64,000 nucleotides of DNA from Candidatus Uhrbacteria bacterium (GCA_018664485.1 JABJOE010000005.1:15581-79580), one strand, 5' to 3'; shown: positions 47,308 through 56,681, numbered from the stretch's first letter. The notes: generated by a model not told the origin, from the letters alone. Numbers and translations: made by a program.

Positions 47308-48444
47308 ATGAGGAAACGTACGCAAGCATTCGTCAGAAGCACCCAGGCATTGATCGGATCCGTTATAGGGGTCGGAATTTTTGGTATTCCTTATGTTTTT
47401 GCTCAAGCCGGGGTAGGGATCGGTTTGATTTACTTGATTGTGCTAGGTGGTGTGAACTTGCTGATGCTCCTTGCATACGTAGATATTGTAGTAAACACAA
47501 ACGGTCATCATCGATTAGTCGGAAATGTAAAGGAATATCTGGGAGATCATTGGGGGTGGTTGATGACGATAGCGCTCTTTTTCAGCTCATGGGGAGCGAT
47601 GGTTGCGTACATTATCTTGGGTGGGGAGTTCCTTCATTCGATTATCTATCCATTAACTGGAGGTACAGTTTTCCAGTTTCAAATTTTGTTTGCTGTAGTT
47701 TTTGGCTTTTTGTTGATCGGTGGCTTGAGTATGATTTCCCGCTTGGAAGTCGTATTTGTGTTCGCACTGCTCATCATGTTGGTACTCATTATGGTAGGCG
47801 CTTTGCCGCATGCTGATGTTTCCAATTTGTTGGAGTGGAATACAGAGAGTGCATTCTTGCCGTTTGGAATTGTTCTGTTCGCGTTTGGAGGGTTGGCAGT
47901 GCTACCTGAAATGAAAGACATACTTGGAAAGAATAAAAGTTTACTTAGACCATCTGTTGTTCTTGGGTTTGCGACGATCGCTCTTATGTATGCACTCTTT
48001 GCAACGATAGTAGTGTCTGTTACAGGTGCCGCTACAACACAGGAGGCAATTCTAGGTTTGGGAGAGGTGATTGGTGATTGGGCTGTCACACTTGGTTCAT
48101 TAATTGGGTTTGTAGCTGTAGGAACAAGCTTCTTGATTTTGGGTGTTCAGATCATGAATAGTTTTATGTATGACTATAAACGTCGATACATGCTGTCATG
48201 GGCTTTTGCCGGTGGTGTGCCGGTCGTCGTGTTCTTGCTGGGTGCACGGGACTTTATTGATGTTATCGGATTTACCGGTGGAGTGCTCGCGTCACTCGTT
48301 GGGCTGATTACGATCCGAATGTATTTAAAAGCGAAAGTTCATGCATGCACCCCAAAACGTTGTTTGGCTATTCCTAGCTGGGCAATGTATTTGGCGAGTT
48401 TGATTTTGTTTGCCGGGATGATCGCTACGATCGTCGGGCTTTAG
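47308..48444 (+). CDS. amino acid transporter (Trp/Tyr permease / AAAP-like), 11 TM
   Basis: GSVIGVGIFGIPYVFAQAG N-terminal motif of aromatic amino acid permease family; start at ATG 47308. Confidence 0.65.
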   Translation: MRKRTQAFVRSTQALIGSVIGVGIFGIPYVFAQAGVGIGLIYLIVLGGVNLLMLLAYVDIVVNTNGHHRLVGNVKEYLGDHWGWLMTIALFFSSWGAMVAYIILGGEFLHSIIYPLTGGTVFQFQILFAVVFGFLLIGGLSMISRLEVVFVFALLIMLVLIMVGALPHADVSNLLEWNTESAFLPFGIVLFAFGGLAVLPEMKDILGKNKSLLRPSVVLGFATIALMYALFATIVVSVTGAATTQEAILGLGEVIGDWAVTLGSLIGFVAVGTSFLILGVQIMNSFMYDYKRRYMLSWAFAGGVPVVVFLLGARDFIDVIGFTGGVLASLVGLITIRMYLKAKVHACTPKRCLAIPSWAMYLASLILFAGMIATIVGL

Positions 48445-48534
48445 AGGATGATTTTAATGGCTGAATATAAATATACTACGCTTACTATTTTGGCCTGAAA
48501 TAAGGCTTTTTTTGTTTATTCTAGTCACTTGCTA

Positions 48535-48563
48535 TTGACAAAAGTGCTAATATAGGCTATAGT
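48535..48563 (+). promoter_or_regulatory. strong promoter TTGACAAAAG-N13-TATAGT driving a GC-rich non-coding unit
   Basis: TTGACA 48535-48540, 17-nt spacer, TATAGT 48558-48563. Confidence 0.6.
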
Positions 48564-48569
48564 CTTTTT

Positions 48570-49143
48570 ATCAGAATCAGAAAAGAGACATAAACTTCTA
48601 GGACACTGGTTGCGAATCAATACATGGTTCTCGAGCATCGTTCTAGAAGAAGGAGTCTGGCAACATATAAGGTTTGCCACCTATACACCCCAACTGTGGC
48701 TGTGCCAGATGGAGCACACGCTAAACCTGCTGACCTGTTTAAGCTGTCCGCTGTACGACCCCGAGGTCGTCGACTGTAAGATACGATCCCTTCGGGATTC
48801 GTAAGTAGGATGCGCCCCTTGGGAGCGCAAAAGCAGAGTAAGCTCGCTAGTCAATATTGATAAGTATCCGGGTGAGCGGAGTTATCATGGACTGGTAGAT
48901 GCACCCTGAAGAAGGGTTTCTCACCACACGCGGGCCACTTGCCCAATCTGTTGACGAATACGACGAAAATTAGCCTTGGCGATGGCTCTGTTCTTAAGTG
49001 AGCGGGGTCATCGCCCCACGTCTCCTTGTGGGGACGTTCACGTAGTATGCGGCGCCTTCTCATTTGGGGGCGTCGCGTTTATTTTTGTACGGTAATATGT
49101 AGCTACGATCATCGGGCTTTAAAAATCGCGAGTAAACAAAAAA
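48570..49143 (+). ncRNA. candidate ~580-nt structured non-coding RNA (class unidentified)
   Basis: GC-rich segment with multiple GC hairpins (e.g. GATCCC-TTC-GGGATT, CCCCAC-N8-GTGGGG), bounded by consensus promoter and bidirectional terminator; longest ORFs only 64/70 aa with implausible sequence despite high GC. Confidence 0.3.
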
Positions 49144-49166
49144 AAGTCATTTCTGACTTCTTTTTT
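49144..49166. terminator. bidirectional terminator AAGTCA-TTTC-TGACTT flanked by A8 and T6
   Basis: between + ncRNA candidate and convergent folD (-). Confidence 0.55.
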
Positions 49167-49174
49167 ATATAAAA

Positions 49175-50011
49175 CTATATTTTGTTTTTCTGCATTCCGT
49201 ATGCCCGCACAACGTTCATGAGTAGGTACGCCACTGTAAGCGGCCCAACTCCTCCGGGAACAGGTGTGACAAACGCTGCTTTCTCGCGCGCAGGTCGATC
49301 GACGTCACCAACAGTTTTATCACCAACTTTATTTGTTCCAACGTCAATTATGATTGCACCGTCTTTGATCATGTCTTTCTTTATAAACCCAGCACGACCA
49401 ACAGCGATGACTATGATATCAGACACGCGTGTCTTTGCTGCAAGTGCGCCAGACTCAGGCGAGAAAAACTGTGCGTCAATATCTTGTTCTGCAAGTAATG
49501 CCATTAGCGGTTCGACAAACACTTCGTTGTTTGCAATGACAGTTGCCGTCTTCTGCTTAAGCGGCTGGTTACTTGCTTGAATCAATCGCATGATACTGAG
49601 AGCCACAGGAGGGAAGAGTGACGGTTCACCTTGCGAACGAAGCTCACGGTTGTGTGGGTGGAAGCCGTCTATATCTTTTGTAGGGTCAATTGCTGCGATC
49701 ACTGCATCTTCATCTTGCGTTGGAAGCGGAAGCTGTACAAGGATTCCGTGTATGTCATCTCGCACGTTGAGCGCTTCCACAATCGCGACAAGCTCCTTAG
49801 TACTCGTACCAGCAGGAGGCGTAATTTTTTCAAAGTAAATCCCAGCTTCTTTTGAAGCTTCTTCTTTGAGCCGAACATATAGGTGCGACGCTGCATCATC
49901 TCCTACCAAAATAGCTGCCATCCCAGGCGGGTGGTCGAGTTTTGCTATTCGCTTTTTCGCCTTCTCACGAATAGACGCTGCAAGTTGTTTTCCTTTGAGC
50001 AATTCAGCCAT
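49175..50011 (-). CDS. folD: bifunctional methylenetetrahydrofolate dehydrogenase/cyclohydrolase FolD
   Basis: ILVGDDAASHLYVRLK, GILVQLPLP, GRAGFIKKDMIKDGAIIIDVG. Confidence 0.95.
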   Translation of the reverse strand: MAELLKGKQLAASIREKAKKRIAKLDHPPGMAAILVGDDAASHLYVRLKEEASKEAGIYFEKITPPAGTSTKELVAIVEALNVRDDIHGILVQLPLPTQDEDAVIAAIDPTKDIDGFHPHNRELRSQGEPSLFPPVALSIMRLIQASNQPLKQKTATVIANNEVFVEPLMALLAEQDIDAQFFSPESGALAAKTRVSDIIVIAVGRAGFIKKDMIKDGAIIIDVGTNKVGDKTVGDVDRPAREKAAFVTPVPGGVGPLTVAYLLMNVVRAYGMQKNKI

Positions 50012-50031
50012 ATCGCGGGAAGAATAGCCGT

Positions 50032-51309
50032 TTATTGCTGTGTTGTCAATGGAAACTGGTCCGCGAGCTCTTCTACTTCGCGTCGTATTGAAGTTAGTTC
50101 ATCTGGTTTATCTTTGTTTGTGATAGCGCGATCAATCCAGCCTGCAATGAGTTTCATGTCATCTTCTTTCATACCGCGAGTCGTAAGTGCCGGTGTTCCC
50201 ATACGTACTCCTGATGGATCAAAAGGTCTACGTGGATCATGTGGAACTGTATTTTTGTTTACAGTAATACCAACGGCACCTAGCGCATCTTCTGCCTGCT
50301 TACCTGTCACTTCTTTATTTGTAAGATCCAGAAGTAGTAGATGAGTTTTAGTTCCTCCGGTTACAAGATCAAAACCTTTTTCAAGTAAATGATCTGCAAG
50401 TACTCCGGCATTTTTCACAACTTGCTGTGCGTAAGTTTTAAACTCTGGCTGCATCGCTTCCTTTAGTGCTACGGCGATAGCGGCTGTTTGGTGATTGTGT
50501 GGACCACCCTGAAGACCAGGGATAATTGCCCGATCAATAAGGGTTGGAATATTCTCGGCGGTTCTCTCTACCTTTTTAAGAGGAGTTGATGGATTTCCGT
50601 TTGCAAGAATCATCGCACCACGAGGCCCGCGAAGAGTTTTATGTGTAGTAGTTGTAACGACGTCAGCGATTCCAACTGGGTTTGGATGCTCTCCACCTGC
50701 AACTAGCCCCGCAACGTGGCTCATGTCTGCAAGTAAGAACGCTCCAACTTCGTCGGCAATCTCTCGGTACGCGGCCCAATCATATTGCTGTGCATATGCA
50801 GATCCACCGGTAACAATAAGCTTTGGACGATGTTCAAGAGCTAGCTCACGCATTTGATCCAAGTCGATAAAACCATCTTTACGACATCCGTACTGAACAC
50901 TGTTGTAGTAGGTTCCAGAAAAGTTTACTTTCAAACCATGCGTCATGTGACCTCCATGGAAAAGTTTCAGTCCCATCATTGTGTCTCCCGGCTCAAGAAG
51001 TGCGAAGTACACGGCGATGTTTGCAGGGCATCCTGAATGAGGTTGGACGTTAGCGTGACTTGCACCGAAAAGTTTCTTTGCGCGATCGCGCGCAATATTC
51101 TCAACAGCATCAACGTTGTCGCATCCGCCGTAGTAGCGCATTCCCGGATATCCTTCTGAGTACTTGTCTGTAAGCCGGCTTCCAAGAGCTTCAAGTACTG
51201 CCTGTGAAGTATGGTTTTCAGACGGGATCATTTCCAGTCCTTCTTTTTGTCGTGCTACTTCTTTGGCTACGAGGTCTGCGATTTCTGGATCGTATGATTG
51301 TAATGACAT
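50032..51309 (-). CDS. glyA: serine hydroxymethyltransferase
   Basis: LEMIPSENHTS, PLP site VTTTTHKTLRGPRG. Confidence 0.95.
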   Translation of the reverse strand: MSLQSYDPEIADLVAKEVARQKEGLEMIPSENHTSQAVLEALGSRLTDKYSEGYPGMRYYGGCDNVDAVENIARDRAKKLFGASHANVQPHSGCPANIAVYFALLEPGDTMMGLKLFHGGHMTHGLKVNFSGTYYNSVQYGCRKDGFIDLDQMRELALEHRPKLIVTGGSAYAQQYDWAAYREIADEVGAFLLADMSHVAGLVAGGEHPNPVGIADVVTTTTHKTLRGPRGAMILANGNPSTPLKKVERTAENIPTLIDRAIIPGLQGGPHNHQTAAIAVALKEAMQPEFKTYAQQVVKNAGVLADHLLEKGFDLVTGGTKTHLLLLDLTNKEVTGKQAEDALGAVGITVNKNTVPHDPRRPFDPSGVRMGTPALTTRGMKEDDMKLIAGWIDRAITNKDKPDELTSIRREVEELADQFPLTTQQ

Positions 51310-51494
51310 AAATTTTTGCTAAAAATGAAAAACAGAGAGCTCATCCTCAGTCCTTGCGAACGAAAAATGAAAAGTTCCAGTTCCCGCTAATTTGTTGGAT
51401 CTCTTAGCATACGAATATAGTAGCGCATTACCTCCGATTCAAACAGTGTATAAATAATGACCGATCTGTTAAAAAATGGTACATTTTCGTCAAT

Positions 51495-52817
51495 ATGATG
51501 CAATCAAAGAACGTACATATCGTGGGAATTGGGGGTATTGGAACCTCTGCTGTGGCAAAGTTGTTTTTGTCGCGTGGGGCGTCTGTTTCAGGGTCCGATA
51601 TGCATGAAAGCGAGCTGATCACTGACCTTCGTGGCCGCGGCGTTGATGTTCTCATAGGGCATTACCCGGCAAATATTCCAGAGGGTTGTGATTTAGTTGT
51701 GTACACTCGTGCTGTCGTTGAGGCGAACGTTGAGCGGCAGGCGGCCGTAGAGCGCGGAATCAAACAACTATCGTACCCAGAATTTCTCGGAATACTCGCT
51801 AAAGATTACAAAACGATTGCGGTGAGCGGAACGAACGGTAAAAGTACAACAACGGCGATGATTGCAGCGACGTTGATCGAAGCTGGTTATGATCCGACTG
51901 TCATCGTTGGAACAAAAGTTCCGGGTTGGTCTGATGGTAACTTACGAGTTGGGAAGGGTGAGTGGTTGGTGCTCGAGGCATGTGAGTACATGGCGAGCAT
52001 GCTCGAAATTCATCCGAACACGGCGGTCATTACAAATATTCAAGAAGATCATTTAGACTTTTATAAAGACATCGATCATATTCGTGAGACTTTTCAGAAG
52101 TGGATTGATTGCCGCGAAACTTGTGCGCAGGTTGTGATAAACCGTGATGATGCTGAGTCTCAAAAGTTAAAGTCAAAGTATGTTTCTTCATTCGGAGTTG
52201 ATGGGCGGAAAGTAGGTGATAAAAAACAGACCTTCGATGTAGTTGGCGTTGAGGTTGAGCTTGCGATTCCGGGTGAGTTCAATGCACAGAATGCTGCTGC
52301 CGCTTTGACGGCCGCGCATATCGTTGGGGTGCCAGACGAAGCTGCAGTGAAAGCGCTCGGGGAATTCAAAGGAACGTGGCGTCGATTTGAACATGTTGGA
52401 ATGTGGAAAGAGGCGGATATATTTTCTGACTATGCTCATCATCCGTCAGGTGTAGCTGGATCTATTGAGGCGTTTCGCGAGTTCTATCCTGATCGAAGAC
52501 TGATCGTAGTATTCCAACCTCATCAGCATTCTCGTACTCATGAAATGTTTGATAAATTTGTTGAGTCATTTGATGGGGCTGATATTTTGGTACTGTCTGA
52601 GATTTACGAAGTTACCGGCCGAACAGAAGAAAAGTTTGAATCTTCAAAGGATTTGGCTGACCAGGTGCGTAACCGTGGGCGCAACGGTAAGGTTTTGTAT
52701 GCAAAAGATTTGGGAGAGGCGGAAGATCATCTCCGTTACGCTGTGCAGAAAGATGACGTAATAGTTTGCATGGGAGCAGGTTCGATTGATTCAATAGCTC
52801 GTAAGATCGCAGAATAG
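51495..52817 (+). CDS. murC: UDP-N-acetylmuramate--L-alanine ligase MurC
   Basis: VHIVGIGGIGTSAVA, GTNGKSTTTAMIA P-loop, Mur ligase middle/C domains. Confidence 0.9.
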   Translation: MMQSKNVHIVGIGGIGTSAVAKLFLSRGASVSGSDMHESELITDLRGRGVDVLIGHYPANIPEGCDLVVYTRAVVEANVERQAAVERGIKQLSYPEFLGILAKDYKTIAVSGTNGKSTTTAMIAATLIEAGYDPTVIVGTKVPGWSDGNLRVGKGEWLVLEACEYMASMLEIHPNTAVITNIQEDHLDFYKDIDHIRETFQKWIDCRETCAQVVINRDDAESQKLKSKYVSSFGVDGRKVGDKKQTFDVVGVEVELAIPGEFNAQNAAAALTAAHIVGVPDEAAVKALGEFKGTWRRFEHVGMWKEADIFSDYAHHPSGVAGSIEAFREFYPDRRLIVVFQPHQHSRTHEMFDKFVESFDGADILVLSEIYEVTGRTEEKFESSKDLADQVRNRGRNGKVLYAKDLGEAEDHLRYAVQKDDVIVCMGAGSIDSIARKIAE

Positions 52818-52818
52818 T

Positions 52819-53202
52819 ATGAAAAGGAATCGAGGATGGGAACTTCTCTATAAGAGTGAACGTTACGGAATGTGGTTTGCTTTTTTCGCTACTGGTGCTC
52901 TTATATTCAGCACTATGTTTGTATACAGCGAAGTACTTGTTAATATTTTGCCTGATTGGTTCCATGAACCATTTATGAGGGATAAACGGGGGAATGATGT
53001 TGATCTGATTTCTATCATTGCTTTGTTAGTAGTTATCCCTGCTTATATTTCGGTTCAAAAGATCAGAGACAAGAAAGTAGAGGGAAAAAACAAAAGTGGA
53101 AAAACCATTGACGGTGATGGCTACACGATTGCTGCATTAAGTTTATCAGCCCTGTATCTATTCATTTATTTAATCTGGTACGTTATAGAACTCTATGGAT
53201 AG
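52819..53202 (+). CDS. hypothetical 3-TM membrane protein inserted between murC and downstream gene
   Basis: start overlaps murC stop (TAGTATG); flanked by duplicated murC 3' end. Confidence 0.5.
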   Translation: MKRNRGWELLYKSERYGMWFAFFATGALIFSTMFVYSEVLVNILPDWFHEPFMRDKRGNDVDLISIIALLVVIPAYISVQKIRDKKVEGKNKSGKTIDGDGYTIAALSLSALYLFIYLIWYVIELYG

Positions 53203-53311
53203 TATTGGCAAACAATTAAAAACGAACTTTCGAGCTCGACTACTTGAAGGCGATATTATTGTTTGTATGTGTGCTGGATCAATTGATTCACTAGCACGAA
53301 AGTTAGTATGA
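53195..53311 (+). pseudogene. relic duplicate of murC 3' end (encodes MDSIGKQLKTNFRARLLEGDIIVCMCAGSIDSLARKLV, cf. MurC ...LRYAVQKDDVIVCMGAGSIDSIARKIAE)
   Basis: ~65-nt imperfect direct repeat of 52750-52822 including the stop/start junction TAGTATGAAAA. Confidence 0.6.
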
Positions 53312-54336
53312 AAAATCCAGAGAGTGAAAAAGCTGGAATGTGTAGTCATGGTAACTTTTCGGATAGCTGTGTTAAGTGTCGAGAAGTGATTATAGAAAAG
53401 CATGATCAGTTGGATAATGAGGGTGTTTACGTAATTCACGGTCAAGAATCTGGCGCTGTAGCATTCGGTTCTATCCATACAAATAACCCTGAAAGCATCA
53501 CTATCGCAAAGCTTAAAGACTCATTAAATGAATATGAGCAGTCTGTAGAGCGTGCTGAGATTTCGTTGATGGTTGAAGGGATGCACGGGCAGGAAGGTCA
53601 GCTAGACGTTGAAAAGCTTATGGAGGGAGTGTCAACGCTTGGAGAATCCGTTAAGCGGCATGGCGAATCTGGCGTTTTATTCTGGTACGCAAAACAGGCG
53701 CTAGATAAAGGTGAGACTGTCAAAATTACATCTCCAGAAAGACCTGAAGATGATATCGTAACCGTGTTACATAAAGAGGGTTTTGCCGCTGAGGATATTG
53801 CTACGTATCTTTCGCTTCGTGCGCTTACAAGTAGCGTGGGGAGAGGGGTTAAAAGAGATGAACCAATGGCTTTGTTAAAACAGAAATTTGCTCGTGAGGC
53901 TTATCATATTGATCAACTGACTGGAGCTGGATGGATTGAGGATGTGCGTACGGAGGCGGAGCTTAAGGAGATGGTTGATAAAGATCCAGGTGCTCTTAGC
54001 GCTTATGTAGAGTTGGTGGGTGCCCAGTTTTTAAGCAGGTTAAATGCGCGGGTGATGGAATTGGGGTCTAAAATGGGTATTTCTACGACTGTTGAATCTC
54101 TTTTTTCGGGAGATTTGCAAAACGTTTCCATTGATGATGTAAATGAATTGTCTGATCCGTTAGATTTTTCTGGGCGTGATACGCCGGTAAATAAAGTTTC
54201 TGGTCGATGGAATGCGTTGCGTGACGAATATCTATTATCTTCGATACAGGAATCTATTGCGCAAGGAGAGAAGCCATTTGTAGTTTTTGGAGCCTCACAT
54301 GTAATTGTTCTTGAAGATTCGCTAAAGGGATTATGA
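53308..54336 (+). CDS. hypothetical protein (between murC and murB)
   Basis: 342-aa ORF, N-terminal CxxC...CxxC, no known domain. Confidence 0.5.
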   Translation: MKNPESEKAGMCSHGNFSDSCVKCREVIIEKHDQLDNEGVYVIHGQESGAVAFGSIHTNNPESITIAKLKDSLNEYEQSVERAEISLMVEGMHGQEGQLDVEKLMEGVSTLGESVKRHGESGVLFWYAKQALDKGETVKITSPERPEDDIVTVLHKEGFAAEDIATYLSLRALTSSVGRGVKRDEPMALLKQKFAREAYHIDQLTGAGWIEDVRTEAELKEMVDKDPGALSAYVELVGAQFLSRLNARVMELGSKMGISTTVESLFSGDLQNVSIDDVNELSDPLDFSGRDTPVNKVSGRWNALRDEYLLSSIQESIAQGEKPFVVFGASHVIVLEDSLKGL

Positions 54337-55286
54337 ATAAACTAAAAGAAATTTTTGGTGATAGGTTCTTGACCGATGAGCCGCTTGCGAAACATTTGAA
54401 TTTCAGGATCGGTGGACCTACAAAATATTTCGTTGAAGTAAAAACGATTGAAGAATTGCAACACGCACTTGCGGCCGCAAAGGAAAACAGCGTTGAGACG
54501 TTTGTGTTGGGAGGAGGGTCAAATACCCTTGCGAGCGATGCTGGGTTCGATGGTTTGGTTATTAAACTCGCCTTGCGTGCTCATCAGATTGACGGCACAA
54601 CGGTTGTTGCCGAAGCCGGGATGATATCAGCGGCTTTGGCGCGTGTAACTGCTTCTGCGGGTCTTTCGGGATTTGCTTGGGCTATCTCACTTCCAGGAAC
54701 TATCGGTGGAGCTGTCCGTGGTAACGCCGGATGTTTTGGGGGCGAGATGAAAGACACAGTAGTGAAGGTAGAAGTATTGCGAAATGGAAAAATAGTTGAA
54801 CTCTATGCTGCTGACTTAGAGTTTGGTTATAGGGATTCTAAAGTGAAACATAACGACGATATTGTTTTGCGCGTTTGGCTTGAGCTCGCGCAAGGAGATT
54901 CAGAGGTGTTGTTGCAGCAATTAAAAGATACGGTTGAGGCTCGTAAGGAAACTCAGCCGTTACATGCTGGATCAGCAGGATGCATTTTTAAAAACTTTGA
55001 GTTTAGCGACGTCTCTGAAATTGAAAAGCTAGTGAGTGCTACGGATGTTCCAGAGCCGATGATTACAGGTAAACGTATTTCTGCTGGTTGGATTATCGAT
55101 CAGGCCGATTTGAAGGGTACTCGAATTGGAGACTCTGCAATCAGCGACGAGCACGGTAATTTTCTCATCAACCATGGAAAAGCAACGGCAGATGAGATCG
55201 TACAACTCATTGCTCTCGTGAAAACACGTGTGCGCACTCAGTTTGGTATTCAGCTGCAAGAAGAGGTTCAGTATTTAGGATTTTAG
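54333..55286 (+). CDS. murB: UDP-N-acetylenolpyruvoylglucosamine reductase MurB
   Basis: FAD-binding LNFRIGGPTKYFVEV, VLGGGSNTL, C-terminal GSAGCIFKNF. Confidence 0.9.
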   Translation: MNKLKEIFGDRFLTDEPLAKHLNFRIGGPTKYFVEVKTIEELQHALAAAKENSVETFVLGGGSNTLASDAGFDGLVIKLALRAHQIDGTTVVAEAGMISAALARVTASAGLSGFAWAISLPGTIGGAVRGNAGCFGGEMKDTVVKVEVLRNGKIVELYAADLEFGYRDSKVKHNDDIVLRVWLELAQGDSEVLLQQLKDTVEARKETQPLHAGSAGCIFKNFEFSDVSEIEKLVSATDVPEPMITGKRISAGWIIDQADLKGTRIGDSAISDEHGNFLINHGKATADEIVQLIALVKTRVRTQFGIQLQEEVQYLGF

Positions 55287-55336
55287 CAATCGGCTAAACA
55301 TGATAAACTATAGGTAGAAACTAACCATTTTTACCT

Positions 55337-55642
55337 ATGCGCCTTACAGAAATCAAGGGACTTAACATGGACCTTACTGATGCGATAAAGGATCATGTAG
55401 AAAAACGTTTGGAAGGTTTAGAGCGGTTGTGCGAGGATCTTCAGCCATGCGATGTTGCCGCTGTAGTTGGAAAGACTACAAAGGGTCAGCAGAAGGGGTT
55501 GATCTTTAAAGCGGAATTTAATCTCAATATTCCGGGTACATTATTGCGCGTTGAGACGGTTAAGGAAGATTTGTATGAAGCGATTGACGTTGCTTTGAAA
55601 GATTTAAAACGACAGCTGGTTGCGTATAAAGAGAAGCGTTAA
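55337..55642 (+). CDS. hpf: ribosome hibernation promoting factor (HPF/RaiA family), copy 2
   Basis: MDLTDAIKDHVEKRLEGLERL... beta-alpha-beta-beta-beta-alpha HPF pattern; paralog of 5643..6017. Confidence 0.6.
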   Translation: MRLTEIKGLNMDLTDAIKDHVEKRLEGLERLCEDLQPCDVAAVVGKTTKGQQKGLIFKAEFNLNIPGTLLRVETVKEDLYEAIDVALKDLKRQLVAYKEKR

Positions 55643-55678
55643 TGTTAGTAGGTTTTGCTATAAGAATTTAAATGCAAT

Positions 55679-55706
55679 GAATCCCGAACTAGGTTCGGGA
55701 TTCTTT
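55679..55706. terminator. terminator: perfect 11-bp hairpin GAATCCCGAAC-TAG-GTTCGGGATTC + TTTC
   Basis: between hpf copy 2 (+) and convergent small gene 55728..55874 (-). Confidence 0.65.
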
Positions 55707-55727
55707 CGTGCAAGACGAGGAGTTGTC

Positions 55728-55874
55728 TTACTCGTAGGTGTTTGCGGCCATTGCCTCGGTGATCACTGTCGCGACCACGTCGGCGCTCCCCAGGTTGTGA
55801 GTGTTGGCCTTCGCCATCAGAATGGCGATGACTACAATCAGGGCCACGATGACGTGGTGTGGGCGGATTTCCAT
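55728..55874 (-). CDS. small (48 aa) single-TM protein
   Basis: minus-strand ATG 55874 preceded by GGAGGT RBS and (CAA)10 leader; MEIRPHHVIVALIVVIAILMAKANTHNLGSADVVATVITEAMAANTYE; not in ORF track (<60 aa). Confidence 0.45.
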   Translation of the reverse strand: MEIRPHHVIVALIVVIAILMAKANTHNLGSADVVATVITEAMAANTYE

Positions 55875-55888
55875 TTTCCGTTACCTCC

Positions 55889-55922
<34 letters not shown>

Positions 55923-55926
55923 GGGG

Positions 55927-56103
55927 TCAGTCGATGTAGATGATCTCGCACGTGTCAGGTGGGGTCACCTTGCAGGTGGCTTCCGACCCTTTCTCGGCGA
56001 TGATCACAAGATTGCTTACTTCTCGCTCAGCAACATATCCGTGTACGAACATGCGACCGAAGAATGCGGCGAGCACCATTGCTGCAACCGTAAGGTGGCG
56101 CAT
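55927..56103 (-). CDS. small (58 aa) signal/TM peptide (MRHLTVAAMVLAAFFG...)
   Basis: GGAG RBS 5 nt upstream of ATG 56103; R1 repeat 35 nt upstream. Confidence 0.45.
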   Translation of the reverse strand: MRHLTVAAMVLAAFFGRMFVHGYVAEREVSNLVIIAEKGSEATCKVTPPDTCEIIYID

Positions 56104-56137
56104 TAAGTCTCCGGGGAATCGATGCATGTTGCATCTA

Positions 56138-56185
56138 GGTTCACGAAATGCAGGAACGTGTCGTGCACTTTGTGAACCCTTGGAG
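56138..56185. repeat. R1 repeat copy a (48 nt, internal inverted repeat GGTTCAC...GTGAACC)
   Basis: identical to 56958-57005. Confidence 0.85.
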
Positions 56186-56214
56186 GCTATCGGCGGTATA
56201 TCTTCAAATCTTTT

Positions 56215-56256
56215 GCCTCAGAGATCACGACGTAGTCATGGTCTCAATTGGCGGCC
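56215..56256. repeat. R2 repeat copy a (42 nt hairpin element GCCTCAGAGATCACGAC-GTAG-TCATGGTCTC-AATTGGCGGCC)
   Basis: four copies with compensatory substitutions in the stem. Confidence 0.8.
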
Positions 56257-56298
56257 ACAGAAAGATTCCTGGGCCTAGGGGAGATGACGGTTGCCATC

Positions 56299-56505
56299 TC
56301 AGAAGATGAAGTAGTGCCGGTTGGTGATGTCTTCACCGTTTTCTGCGATGTCGGGGGTGGGCAGGGCCTCGATCGAGTCGAGTGCCTCGACCAGAGCAGG
56401 GCTCAAGTCGGGGGACATCACAGCCTTGAGGGCAGCGTTGTCGTCGGTGGTGGTTGAGGTTCCGGTGCTCAGAGCGAGCAGAACGGCAAGGATGGTGTTG
56501 GACAT
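56299..56505 (-). CDS. small (68 aa) secreted acidic peptide (MSNTILAVLLALSTG...)
   Basis: signal-peptide-like N-terminus; track ORF trimmed to internal Met. Confidence 0.4.
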   Translation of the reverse strand: MSNTILAVLLALSTGTSTTTDDNAALKAVMSPDLSPALVEALDSIEALPTPDIAENGEDITNRHYFIF

Positions 56506-56584
56506 ATTGTCCTCCGTTGTGGGGTGGGTGGGTGTCACCAAGCATGTAATGACACTTACTCAACTCACAACTTTTATTTGCATC

Positions 56585-56626
56585 GCCTTGGAGGTCACCA
56601 GCTAGTGATGATCTCAGTTGGCGGCC
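56585..56626. repeat. R2 repeat copy b (diverged)
   Basis: GCCTTGGAGGTCACCAG-CTAG-TGATGATCTC-AGTTGGCGGCC. Confidence 0.7.
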
Positions 56627-56681
56627 TAGAGAGATGATTCTAGGACCACGGTTGAAGAGTGAAGGAAGGTTGGTTGGTAGT

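Noticed and set aside
48570-49143. A specific RNA family for the non-coding unit: tmRNA, RNase P RNA, cobalamin riboswitch or group II intron
   Set aside because: It has no tRNA-like GGGG...CCACCA ends, no T-loop and no P4 strands. A B12-box-like GCCACTTG is present, but the partner GGTGAGAAACCC motif is on the wrong strand. There is no GUGYG, no domain V and no AGC triad.
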